Of a DNA stretch of 64,000 nt, positions 56,440-64,000 are shown piece by piece. A model generated the notes under the pieces. It had not been told where the DNA came from. It ran no database searches and was given only the letters and a program-made list of their open reading frames with translations. Location of the stretch: positions 1,088,001 through 1,152,000 of the forward strand of contig OZ244561.1 of assembly GCA_965217585.1 (NCBI GenBank). Direction: 5' to 3'. Position 1 is the first letter of the stretch, and every line of letters starts with the position of its first letter. Source of the stretch: Candidatus Latescibacterota bacterium (GTDB taxonomy: Bacteria; Latescibacterota; UBA2968; UBA8231). The translations under genes were made by a program, and so were the position numbers.

Positions 56440-56459
56440 CCGGGCGGACGCTCGCCTTG

Positions 56460-57014
56460 CTAAAAACCGCAGGCCTTTAAAACCGGATGTTCCAAAACGG
56501 ACGCGACTTCCGCCCAAGCCCGTTGGCTATTCTCTTGCTCAAGGTCTGGGTAAAATCCGAAATCGAGATATACTTTGACGGCGGGAATCCGCCCGCTTGA
56601 GGTGCCGAGAAAACTGCGCTCATGGAATCGCTTGAGGCATGCCATCGCCACAGACATCATCGGCTTGGCAAGCCCGCGTCCCTGATAGTCCGGGAGAATC
56701 GCGACCCAATGAATCTGGCCCCACTCCTTGCCGTTTAAATCGGGCTGCCACCACGCTGTGATGGTCCCGATCTCTTCGCCAGCGTTGGTGGTCAAGTAAA
56801 AACTTCGGTCCTCCAGCGCCCCAAAATCGCGGTTGAATTCGCGCTCAAAAAGCTGGTCGTCAACGTCGAAGTGCAGTTCTGCCGCTCGCTGAATCCGCGT
56901 CCAGATAGCCCCTTCATGCGGACGGTAATTCCGCATGGCAAACCCTTTGGGAATGGGAAATTGTGGAATATCTTCCATATGCTCGCGGATCATTCTGACA
57001 CTGTAGTTTTTCAT
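56460..57014 (-). CDS. GNAT family N-acetyltransferase
   Basis: VAILPDYQGRGLAK, AVKVYLDFGF. Confidence 0.88.
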   Translation of the reverse strand: MKNYSVRMIREHMEDIPQFPIPKGFAMRNYRPHEGAIWTRIQRAAELHFDVDDQLFEREFNRDFGALEDRSFYLTTNAGEEIGTITAWWQPDLNGKEWGQIHWVAILPDYQGRGLAKPMMSVAMACLKRFHERSFLGTSSGRIPAVKVYLDFGFYPDLEQENSQRAWAEVASVLEHPVLKACGF

Positions 57015-57094
57015 CGGTGCCTGCTACTTTTTGTTCCATATTATAATGAGATCCTATCGCTAGCCTATATTTTTCCATTTCGAGGGAGGTGACC

Positions 57095-57742
57095 ATGCAA
57101 GCGAATCTTGTGACGTTGATCCGAATATTCTTGGTGTTCTTGGTAATTGGACTGTACAAAGTCAACACCATCGCCTGCGGGGTGGCGGTTTTGCTGACGA
57201 TCGCCACCCTTTACATGGACGCGCTCGACGGTATCATTGCCCGCCGCCTCGGCATCGAATCCGATCTGGGCGCGATGTTCGACATCGCCGGAGATCGCAT
57301 CGTAGAGAACGTCTTCTGGGTTTATTTTGCGTCGATCGGCATGGCCAGCTTCTGGGCGGCGGCCATCGTCGTCGCCCGGAGTTTCCTCATCGACTGGCTG
57401 CGGACGCTCGCCTTTGTGGACGCGGGCAAGACCGCATTCGGCAGTAAGACCATGATGCAGAGCCGGTGGGCGAAAGCGCTCGTGAGCTCTCGCTTCAGTC
57501 GGGCGCTCTACGGCTTTACCAAGGCGGTCGTGTTTGTCTATCTGGGCGCGGTGCTGCTGATTCAGTCCGGGCAAGCCGAGTATGGTTGGTCAATCGGAGT
57601 GTCCACGGAGTTGCTGCTGCTAATCGGGCAGGCAATCGTCTGGTTGACGGTGGTGATGTGCCTAGTGCGGGGTATCCCGGTAATATGGGACAGTCAGGAC
57701 GTTCTATTTCGCAAAATGTTTCCCGGCTTATTGCGAGATTAG
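57095..57742 (+). CDS. CDP-alcohol phosphatidyltransferase
   Basis: ANLVTLIR, DALDGIIARRLG.ESDLGAMFDIAGD; GGAGG RBS. Confidence 0.92.
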   Translation: MQANLVTLIRIFLVFLVIGLYKVNTIACGVAVLLTIATLYMDALDGIIARRLGIESDLGAMFDIAGDRIVENVFWVYFASIGMASFWAAAIVVARSFLIDWLRTLAFVDAGKTAFGSKTMMQSRWAKALVSSRFSRALYGFTKAVVFVYLGAVLLIQSGQAEYGWSIGVSTELLLLIGQAIVWLTVVMCLVRGIPVIWDSQDVLFRKMFPGLLRD

Positions 57743-57750
57743 CCAGTACC

Positions 57751-58389
57751 GTGAAAGCCGCGATATTCGATCTAGACGGGACGCTGCTACCCGGTACCAG
57801 CGCCGAAAGGGAGTTCATCCGCTTCGCGCTGACGACCGGCCAGCAGACCGCCCCAAAGGCGGTTCGCGCGTTCCTATCTTGGGTCGTCCGCATCCCTACC
57901 CACGGCATCCAGTCCAACAAAACTTACTTCGGCGGCGTCGAGATGAACCTGCTCGCAGAGACGGCAGAGACCTTCTGTCGCCAGCAACTAACTCGCCGCA
58001 TCCCAGATCAGGCCCAGCGTCTGATCGCCGCCCATCGCGCCGCTGGAGATTGTCTCGGCATTGTGTCGGGGGCACCGCAACTCCTGATCGCACCCCTGAA
58101 GGCCCTCCTCGATCTGGATTTCGTCGTTGGGACCAAGCTGGTCTGCAAGCAGGGACGCTTGACGGGCGACTTGGACGGCCTTCGCGTATCCGGGCCTGAG
58201 AAGATCCGCCAATCGGAAGAAGTGGCGCGCACCTACGGATTCGATCTGCGCGAATCCGCGGGCTACGGAAACGCCTTCGACGACCGCTTCTTGCTGGCGG
58301 CAGTCGCTCGTCCCGTCGTGGTCAATCCAGACCGCCAGCTAGCGCGTCTGGCTCGCAAGAAGGGCTGGCCGATCTGTATCTTCTTTTGA
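57751..58389 (+). CDS. HAD-IB family phosphatase
   Basis: FDLDGTL, IVSGA, GPEK, GYGN..DD, VNPD; GTG start. Confidence 0.85.
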   Translation: MKAAIFDLDGTLLPGTSAEREFIRFALTTGQQTAPKAVRAFLSWVVRIPTHGIQSNKTYFGGVEMNLLAETAETFCRQQLTRRIPDQAQRLIAAHRAAGDCLGIVSGAPQLLIAPLKALLDLDFVVGTKLVCKQGRLTGDLDGLRVSGPEKIRQSEEVARTYGFDLRESAGYGNAFDDRFLLAAVARPVVVNPDRQLARLARKKGWPICIFF

Positions 58390-58424
58390 AGGACAATCTA
58401 GAACCTTGATTCCGAAGGAATATT

Positions 58425-59312
58425 ATGGCAAACGCAAAAAGCCGATACGTCAACCCCTCCAGAGTCATGCTAGGGGAATGCACCCGCAAGGAAATTCGCG
58501 AAGCGCTGCAGAGCGGCAACCTGAAAGCCGCCATCATCCCCATCGGCGCAACCGAGCAGCACAACGAACACCTGAGCTTGGATCTGGATATTGTCCTGTC
58601 CACGTTTATCTCCCAGCAGGCCGCCTTGCAACTCTACCCACAGGTCACGGTCGCTCCATCTTGTCCGGTGGGCTACTCTCCGTACCACATGGCGCGCAAG
58701 GGTACGCTGACGTTGCGCAAGGAAACGTTGCAAGCCTACATCTTCGACGTCGCAGAAAGCCTGAAAACCCACGGCATTCGCACGATTCTGGTCGTCAACG
58801 GTCACGGCGGCAATCATGGCTTGCTGCGGGACGTGCTGCCGGCGTGGCGACGAGACTTGGGTATCACGCTGGATGAGAATTCGTACTGGATGGGACTTAC
58901 GGACGAGGACCGGGAAACCATCCTCCAAGGCTATCGAGATCTGCAAGCGGGCAAGCTGGACACGGTGGCGCGACAAACGGCGCTAAACCATGCCTCAGAG
59001 GATGAGACGTCCGTGATGCTGGCGGCTTGTCCGCAACGGGTCCGCGCTTTCACCATGGAAGCGTATGACGCCGCTGGCTTGGATTACGCCCACAATCTAT
59101 CGCCTGAAGTCGAGGCGTATCTCGAACCCTTTTCCAAAGAGGGTTGGCCGCAGGGCGGACCAAACCCGGAAAACCCGCGCGACCGCGCCCGCCAAGAAAA
59201 CGCCTTGCTTGCCAGCGTAGAAAAAGGGGAAGCACTCATCTCCATCCACACCCAATTCATCGCCGACAAGTTGCAGCAAATGATCGCTGCAACAGAAAAG
59301 GGGCACCCCTAG
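58425..59312 (+). CDS. Creatininase/amidohydrolase family protein
   Basis: PIGATEQHNEHL..D, NGHGGN, HASEDETS. Confidence 0.9.
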   Translation: MANAKSRYVNPSRVMLGECTRKEIREALQSGNLKAAIIPIGATEQHNEHLSLDLDIVLSTFISQQAALQLYPQVTVAPSCPVGYSPYHMARKGTLTLRKETLQAYIFDVAESLKTHGIRTILVVNGHGGNHGLLRDVLPAWRRDLGITLDENSYWMGLTDEDRETILQGYRDLQAGKLDTVARQTALNHASEDETSVMLAACPQRVRAFTMEAYDAAGLDYAHNLSPEVEAYLEPFSKEGWPQGGPNPENPRDRARQENALLASVEKGEALISIHTQFIADKLQQMIAATEKGHP

Positions 59313-59331
59313 CCTGCGCCTGAATGAAAAC

Positions 59332-60156
59332 TTACGCTGGATTCGAGACGGGTCCACCCGGCGGCACGCGGGAAAATTCCATTTCAAGATGAGTCTTGGG
59401 CACGTGCATGTTGCTTTCGCTTAGGGGCTGCCAAGTCCACGAGACCTGCCGCCGACTGGCGCGCTGATCGATGATCTGGCGTCGCACCAGCCCAATCCGC
59501 CATATATCGCCAGCGGCCGGGGGCAGACTTTGCGCGTCCGCCAGCCTTTTCAACCCCGCCCAAGGAAAGGCCAGTTCCACGCTCCAGCCTTGGTCGATAT
59601 CATCCCGTTTGTTCAGGGTGCCTTCGACCTGCACCCCGACCTGCAACCCCGGAAAGCGCCAGTGCGAAAAAGCCCAGCGCATGGCGCGATAGTCGGAATT
59701 CGATCCCCCGCCCAAGACTTCGGGCCGCTGTACCGCCAGATCGAACTCCGGCACGTCGTAGCGACCGCCGCGCTGATAAGCCTCCTTCCAGATGTAGAAC
59801 ATTTCCGAGATCGCGCCCAGCGGATTGACGGCTAGTTCGTAATATGCTCTCCGACCGACGAGGAGCACCCCCGCGTTATTGTCCTGCCGGACTAACGGCG
59901 AAGCCTCTTCCTCCGTACCCCACACATCGCGATCTTCCAGCCAGAAGCCCACGTATAGGTTCTGGTCGTCCCACAGCATGGCCGCCCGGGTATCGAAAAG
60001 CGATCGCTGTCCGGTGTGATCCCCAAAGCGCGGGGAGTGCTGCGCCCGAGTCCAAACTTCCTCCTGCAGATGACCGTCCACATCAATGGCATCCTCGGTC
60101 TTATGGCAGATGTAGCGCACGGTCTTCGCTGTCGAGAACGCTGTCTTATCACTCAT
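59332..60156 (-). CDS. Carbohydrate-binding family 9-like protein (paralog 2)
   Basis: IDVDGHL.E.VW, LWDDQNLY, YYELAVNPLG, WSVELAFPW. Confidence 0.75.
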   Translation of the reverse strand: MSDKTAFSTAKTVRYICHKTEDAIDVDGHLQEEVWTRAQHSPRFGDHTGQRSLFDTRAAMLWDDQNLYVGFWLEDRDVWGTEEEASPLVRQDNNAGVLLVGRRAYYELAVNPLGAISEMFYIWKEAYQRGGRYDVPEFDLAVQRPEVLGGGSNSDYRAMRWAFSHWRFPGLQVGVQVEGTLNKRDDIDQGWSVELAFPWAGLKRLADAQSLPPAAGDIWRIGLVRRQIIDQRASRRQVSWTWQPLSESNMHVPKTHLEMEFSRVPPGGPVSNPA

Positions 60157-60977
60157 TCCTCACCCACCACCCTTTCGGAAAAGTGTATCACACTGAAGCG
60201 ATCCGGGATGTGCGAATCATAGGTCCCGTGGCTGGTCCAAGCCCACCCCGGACACACCCGCGCGTCGCCCTCCTCGATCCACTGGAAACGCGAAAAGTCC
60301 ATGCGCCATATATCCCCTTCCCGAGCCGGCAGCGAGCGCCCGTCCGCCAAGTGCTGCAAGCCCTGCCAAGGAAAGGCGATTTCCGCGGTCCAGCCCCGGT
60401 CGGTGTCGCTGGAATCATTGATGGTGCCGTCCACCTGCACCGCCCATTGCAAACCCGGCATATCCCATTCGCGGAAGGCCCAGCGCCGCCCGCGCGGATG
60501 CCGGTGTCCCGACTGCGATCCTCCGAGGGTATCCACCAGCCGAGTACCCAGTAGGTCGAATTCGGGCAGCTTGGCGTACCCAGCCTCGATGTAGGCGTCC
60601 TGCCAGATGTAGAACCGCTCCATGATGGTGCCCAAGGCATTCAGCTCGAATTCGTAATAGCCATTCTCACCGGCAATGAAGACCTCCACATCGTTTTCCT
60701 CGCAGATCATGGAATCGCGCGTGGTATAGGTCGCCCGCACATCCGGTTCTTCCAGCCAGAATCCCACGTAGAGGTACTCATCGTCCCACAGCACCGCGGC
60801 CCGGGTGTCGAAAAGGGCTGGCCGGCCCGGTTCCTCCAAGTCCTCGAAACGCGGCGATTTGGGCACCAGTTGCCACGACTCCTCGTCGAGATGGCCGTCC
60901 ACCACGATCGAGCCTTTTGCTCGGTAGCTGGTATAGTGCTTCAAACCCTCTTCCGAATAGCCGTATGTACTCGTCAT
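60153..60977 (-). CDS. Carbohydrate-binding family 9-like protein (paralog 1)
   Basis: VDGHLDEESW, LWDDEYLY, DVEVFI, YYEFELNALG, WTAEIAFPW. Confidence 0.78.
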   Translation of the reverse strand: MTSTYGYSEEGLKHYTSYRAKGSIVVDGHLDEESWQLVPKSPRFEDLEEPGRPALFDTRAAVLWDDEYLYVGFWLEEPDVRATYTTRDSMICEENDVEVFIAGENGYYEFELNALGTIMERFYIWQDAYIEAGYAKLPEFDLLGTRLVDTLGGSQSGHRHPRGRRWAFREWDMPGLQWAVQVDGTINDSSDTDRGWTAEIAFPWQGLQHLADGRSLPAREGDIWRMDFSRFQWIEEGDARVCPGWAWTSHGTYDSHIPDRFSVIHFSERVVGEE

Positions 60978-61032
60978 ATGCTATGCCTCCACTTTAACTT
61001 TAACTAAGAAATCCCTATCGACAACTTCTAAC

Positions 61033-61257
61033 TTGCACATTGATGCGACGCCGTATCTGCTGGCGATTTTGCCGTCATCTAGCAGTCGGCTACTGGACGT
61101 GCCGCCGCTCGAGTTTGACACTGCTGAGAACCCGTTGCGTGATGATTCCATTCTATTGAAACTGATCCGACTGGAGACAGATGGCACAGTTGTGATCCCG
61201 GATGGCCCCGGCTTGGGTGTCGAGGTTGACGAAGAAAAACTATTCAGGTATGCTTAG
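61033..61257 (+). pseudogene. C-terminal remnant of a mandelate racemase/enolase-superfamily gene
   Basis: LEFD..ENPLRD...DGTV.IPDGPGLGVEVDEEKL with no N-terminal part. Confidence 0.7.
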
Positions 61258-61387
61258 CACGCGATTCCGCTGTTGGAATATATTCTACTAGCTAGTAGTC
61301 ATGTGTCGGCAATTATAACACACCTCTCGAAAAGAGCAACCCATTTGAAATCACTGGTTTACAGAACAATTCTTAACGAGGGCTGAT

Positions 61388-61654
61388 ATGACCAACAAAC
61401 TCAAAAATGCTTTCGACAAAATCTCAACTCTGAGCGAAAAAGAGCAGGACGCTATCGCGGAAGCTCTCCTAGCAGTAGTAGATGATACTTGGGGGCCAGA
61501 GGACGATAAGGACGAAGCCGAATGGGACGCCCTAGTGGGATCAAAAAAATCTCACGCTTGGTTGGACAAAATGGTAAAGCAAGTTCGGCAGGATATACAG
61601 GAAGGGAAGGTCTATGATTTTGATCCCAGCGACTTGAACCCATCAAGTCCATGA
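61388..61654 (+). CDS. Putative type II antitoxin
   Basis: Small acidic protein (L..AF.K...L.E.EQDAIA..LL...EAEWD) overlapping the toxin ATG; low GC. Confidence 0.65.
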   Translation: MTNKLKNAFDKISTLSEKEQDAIAEALLAVVDDTWGPEDDKDEAEWDALVGSKKSHAWLDKMVKQVRQDIQEGKVYDFDPSDLNPSSP

Positions 61655-61914
61655 GATCAAAGACTCACCCCGGTTTCTGGGATGCTTATTATCAACTCCC
61701 CAAGACCATTCAAATCAAGGCGGCAGTTACCTATAAGAGATGGCGAAAAAATCCGTATCAACCGGGGCTTTCCTTTAAACCAGTAAAAGGAAAGCCCTCT
61801 GTCTATTCAGTGCGTATCGGGCGGCAGTGGAGAGCATTAGGACTCAAAGAGGGGGATACTATCACTTGGTTTTGGATCGGCCCACATTCTGAGTATGACC
61901 GACTCCTCTCTTAG
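61651..61914 (+). CDS. ParE/RelE-like type II toxin
   Basis: FWDAY.QLP..IQ.KA...W..NP..PGL.FK...YSVRIG..WRALG..WFWIG.H.EYD. Confidence 0.75.
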   Translation: MRSKTHPGFWDAYYQLPKTIQIKAAVTYKRWRKNPYQPGLSFKPVKGKPSVYSVRIGRQWRALGLKEGDTITWFWIGPHSEYDRLLS

Positions 61915-61986
61915 CCAATCGCCAAAAAAAATACATCCATACGACACGTTACAGCTTTATTGGCGTCGTGTAGTTAGGCGCGTAGA

Positions 61987-62064
61987 GTCCTCGTCGAATT
62001 CGCGGCGATCGAAGTCGGCGACCGAGAAACCGCGCTCGAAAAGCTGCGGCAGAACATCCAGTAA
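61987..62064 (+). pseudogene. Possible 3' remnant of the gene formerly preceding the enoyl-CoA hydratase
   Basis: Abrupt switch to GC-rich codons VLVEFAAIEVGDRETALEKLRQNIQ*, stop overlapping the next RBS. Confidence 0.4.
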
Positions 62065-62073
62065 GGAGAACAC

Positions 62074-62865
62074 ATGGCCCCACCACCATTCGAACATATC
62101 CTCTACGAAAAAAAGGGCCGCATCGCCTATGTGACGGTGAATCGCCCGCAGGTGATGAACGCCCTGCATCCCCCGGCCCACGCCGAGCTGACCAGGGCCT
62201 GGGACGACTTCATCGCCGACGACCAGGTCTGGGTCGCCATTCTCACCGGCGCTGGCGAGCGCGCCTTCTCGGCCGGCTCGGACCTGAAATACCGCGTCGA
62301 ACAAACAGACGACGATCAGCTACGCAACCCGGTCCACTCCCCGGCCCACATCCTCGATCGCTGCTACAAGCCGATCATCGCCGCGGTCAACGGTTATGCC
62401 GTCGGCGGCGGTCTCGAACTGGCGCTGCGCTGCGACTTGATCGTGGCGGCCGCAAGTGCCCGCTTCGGTTTGCCCGAGGCCCGACGCGGTCTGCTGGCCG
62501 ATGCCGGCGGCGTGCTCAAACTGCCGCGCCGCATCCCCTACCACCTGGCCATGGGCATGATCCTGACCGGCAAGCTGTTCTCGGCGCGGGAAGCCCTAGC
62601 CATGGGCCTAGTCAACGAAGTAGCCGATGACGAACCGGTAATGGCCACGGCCGAACGCTGGGCCGCCGAGATCCTGGAGTGTGGTCCCCTCGCCGTCCAA
62701 GCCGCCAAGCAGGTAGCGCTGCACACCATCGAGACCCCCATTTCTCAGGCGCAGTGCCAGCTAGAGGATCTGACGGCAGTGCGCCGCCTGCGGCTGTCGG
62801 AGGACTACGCCGAGGGGCCGCGGGCATTCGCCGAAAAACGCAAACCACAATGGAAGGCCAGATGA
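62074..62865 (+). CDS. Enoyl-CoA hydratase/isomerase (crotonase) family, CaiD-like
   Basis: NRPQVMNAL, AFSAGSDL, KPIIAAVNGYAVGGGLE, FGLPE, EGPRAFAEKRKP. Confidence 0.93.
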   Translation: MAPPPFEHILYEKKGRIAYVTVNRPQVMNALHPPAHAELTRAWDDFIADDQVWVAILTGAGERAFSAGSDLKYRVEQTDDDQLRNPVHSPAHILDRCYKPIIAAVNGYAVGGGLELALRCDLIVAAASARFGLPEARRGLLADAGGVLKLPRRIPYHLAMGMILTGKLFSAREALAMGLVNEVADDEPVMATAERWAAEILECGPLAVQAAKQVALHTIETPISQAQCQLEDLTAVRRLRLSEDYAEGPRAFAEKRKPQWKAR

Positions 62866-62929
62866 GCAACCAGGCCAAAAGCGACGCGGGCGCGGAGATC
62901 AAGGCGTGCGAGCGGGCTGGCCGTGCCGG

Positions 62930-64000
62930 TCAGGAAGCCATCCGCATCGGCATGAGCACGGCAGCGTGCTTGTCCTCCCCTGCCTCAAAGTGAAGAGGTG
63001 CCTCACTATGGTCAAGATATATCCGCATCTCCTCCCCCCCGTCTTTCAGCGCCTCCACAATAGTTGTGAGGGAGTCGTGATTGAGGCCGGCGCGGAATAA
63101 TCCTCCATCCTCGATATTTGTCACATCGGCAGGGCAGCTCACGGAATGCTCCCAGTCCGGGAGGTCGTCGCCGTGCAGGCCGTCCGCATTTTCTCCGTTC
63201 TGGCTGAAGAACCCCTGATCCCGCGTCGTTCGCAGCACCAGTTTCCCCTCCACACCCGATACCCGCATCTCTACGCTGGGCACGTACTCCCAGCCACTTT
63301 TCACCAGTTCGTGGCGGTCTCTGAGGAACGGCTCGATCTCCTCCACGCAGGCCATTAGGTGCTCGCTGCGCACGACCGCCAGGATCGGACCGTGGGAGCC
63401 GACGGCCTCTTGGTATTTGAGGTACGGTCCGGGAGTCGATGGAAATGTCACCCTGCAGCCGTCCGGAGTCCGCAACGTGGCAGATTCCTCCTCGATAATC
63501 AGCGTTGCCGAGTCCGTCTCCGGGACCATTTCAGCTTGCAGCGAATCGAGGATCACCGGGGCCGGCAGCGACGCCAAGCCCCTGCTCGACCAGTTGAGCA
63601 GCCGCGAGCCATCGGTCGCGACAATCCTACCACCGGCGTCGAGACAGACGCAGTGCATAATGGGCCGCTTGGGATCGTCGCTTATGAAGCGAGCTACGTG
63701 ACGCAATCCGGCCAGATCGGCCGGTCCAAGCTCGAATGTCTGTGCAGTGCTGGATTCCGCCATCGCCATGATCTCCTTTTGTAGGCGTTTCCGGGCCTTT
63801 TGCAGACGGCTCTTTACCACTCCGGTTTGGAGGTGCAGCAAGGTTGCTGTCTGCTGATAGGAATAGCCCTTGAGGTAGTGGTGGACGATCACGTCTCGGT
63901 GGGGGGCACTCAACCGTCCGATCGCCTTCCGCACCAGCGCCCTGATCTCCTGCTTCTCCTGCTCGGGCGGTGCCGCGAGGTCGAGCTGATCCAGAAGATT
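62930..64000 (-). CDS. ECF sigma factor (region 4) fused to a DNA polymerase III beta-clamp-like region, 5'-partial
   Basis: AIGRLSAPHRDVIVHHYLKGYSYQQTATLL..GVVKSRLQKAR; then SDDPKRPIMHCV, VATDGSRL, GLN..SL...VEAL, VLMPMR; frame open to the window edge. Confidence 0.78.
   Translation of the reverse strand, partial: NLLDQLDLAAPPEQEKQEIRALVRKAIGRLSAPHRDVIVHHYLKGYSYQQTATLLHLQTGVVKSRLQKARKRLQKEIMAMAESSTAQTFELGPADLAGLRHVARFISDDPKRPIMHCVCLDAGGRIVATDGSRLLNWSSRGLASLPAPVILDSLQAEMVPETDSATLIIEEESATLRTPDGCRVTFPSTPGPYLKYQEAVGSHGPILAVVRSEHLMACVEEIEPFLRDRHELVKSGWEYVPSVEMRVSGVEGKLVLRTTRDQGFFSQNGENADGLHGDDLPDWEHSVSCPADVTNIEDGGLFRAGLNHDSLTTIVEALKDGGEEMRIYLDHSEAPLHFEAGEDKHAAVLMPMRMAS

Noticed and set aside
57466-57750. 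N-terminal extension of the HAD ORF
   Set aside because: Overlaps the CDP-alcohol transferase; HAD motif I begins right after GTG 57751.
62862-62993. Short ORF MSNQAKSD... coupled to the enoyl-CoA hydratase stop
   Set aside because: May be a truncated 5' remnant, but it runs antisense into the sigma-clamp gene and has no identifiable motif.

Overview
A 64 kb bacterial window with no rRNA, tRNA, CRISPR array, integrase or transposase. The mix of sulfatase, PhyH and ABC catabolic operons with WD40, PD40, TPR, ankyrin and collagen proteins carrying QN(Y/A)PNPFN domains suggests an FCB-group symbiont, probably sponge-associated; this is inference only. (1) 1-22 kb: two carbohydrate/sulfate-scavenging operons, including a tandem pair of unusual FDGRY-repeat propeller/LamG proteins, and a CopG-RelE toxin-antitoxin module with a truncated toxin next to a 204-bp MITE. 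(2) 22-48 kb: a co-oriented island of secreted eukaryote-like repeat proteins. It begins with three diverged, progressively 5'-truncated copies of a phyH-epimerase segment, each followed by different cargo. Its genes share swapped N- and C-terminal modules, and it ends in a vWA-MotA/TolQ-FHA-PP2C-Ser/Thr kinase(ankyrin) cluster. (3) 48-64 kb: mixed catabolic and lipid genes, a second toxin-antitoxin pair between two gene remnants, and a partial ECF sigma factor fused to a beta-sliding-clamp (DnaN)-like region. Best candidates for new biology: apparent integrase-free stacking of cargo at the epimerase gene, the sigma-clamp fusion, and module shuffling among the island genes. All family assignments come from motif recognition by eye, not database searches.
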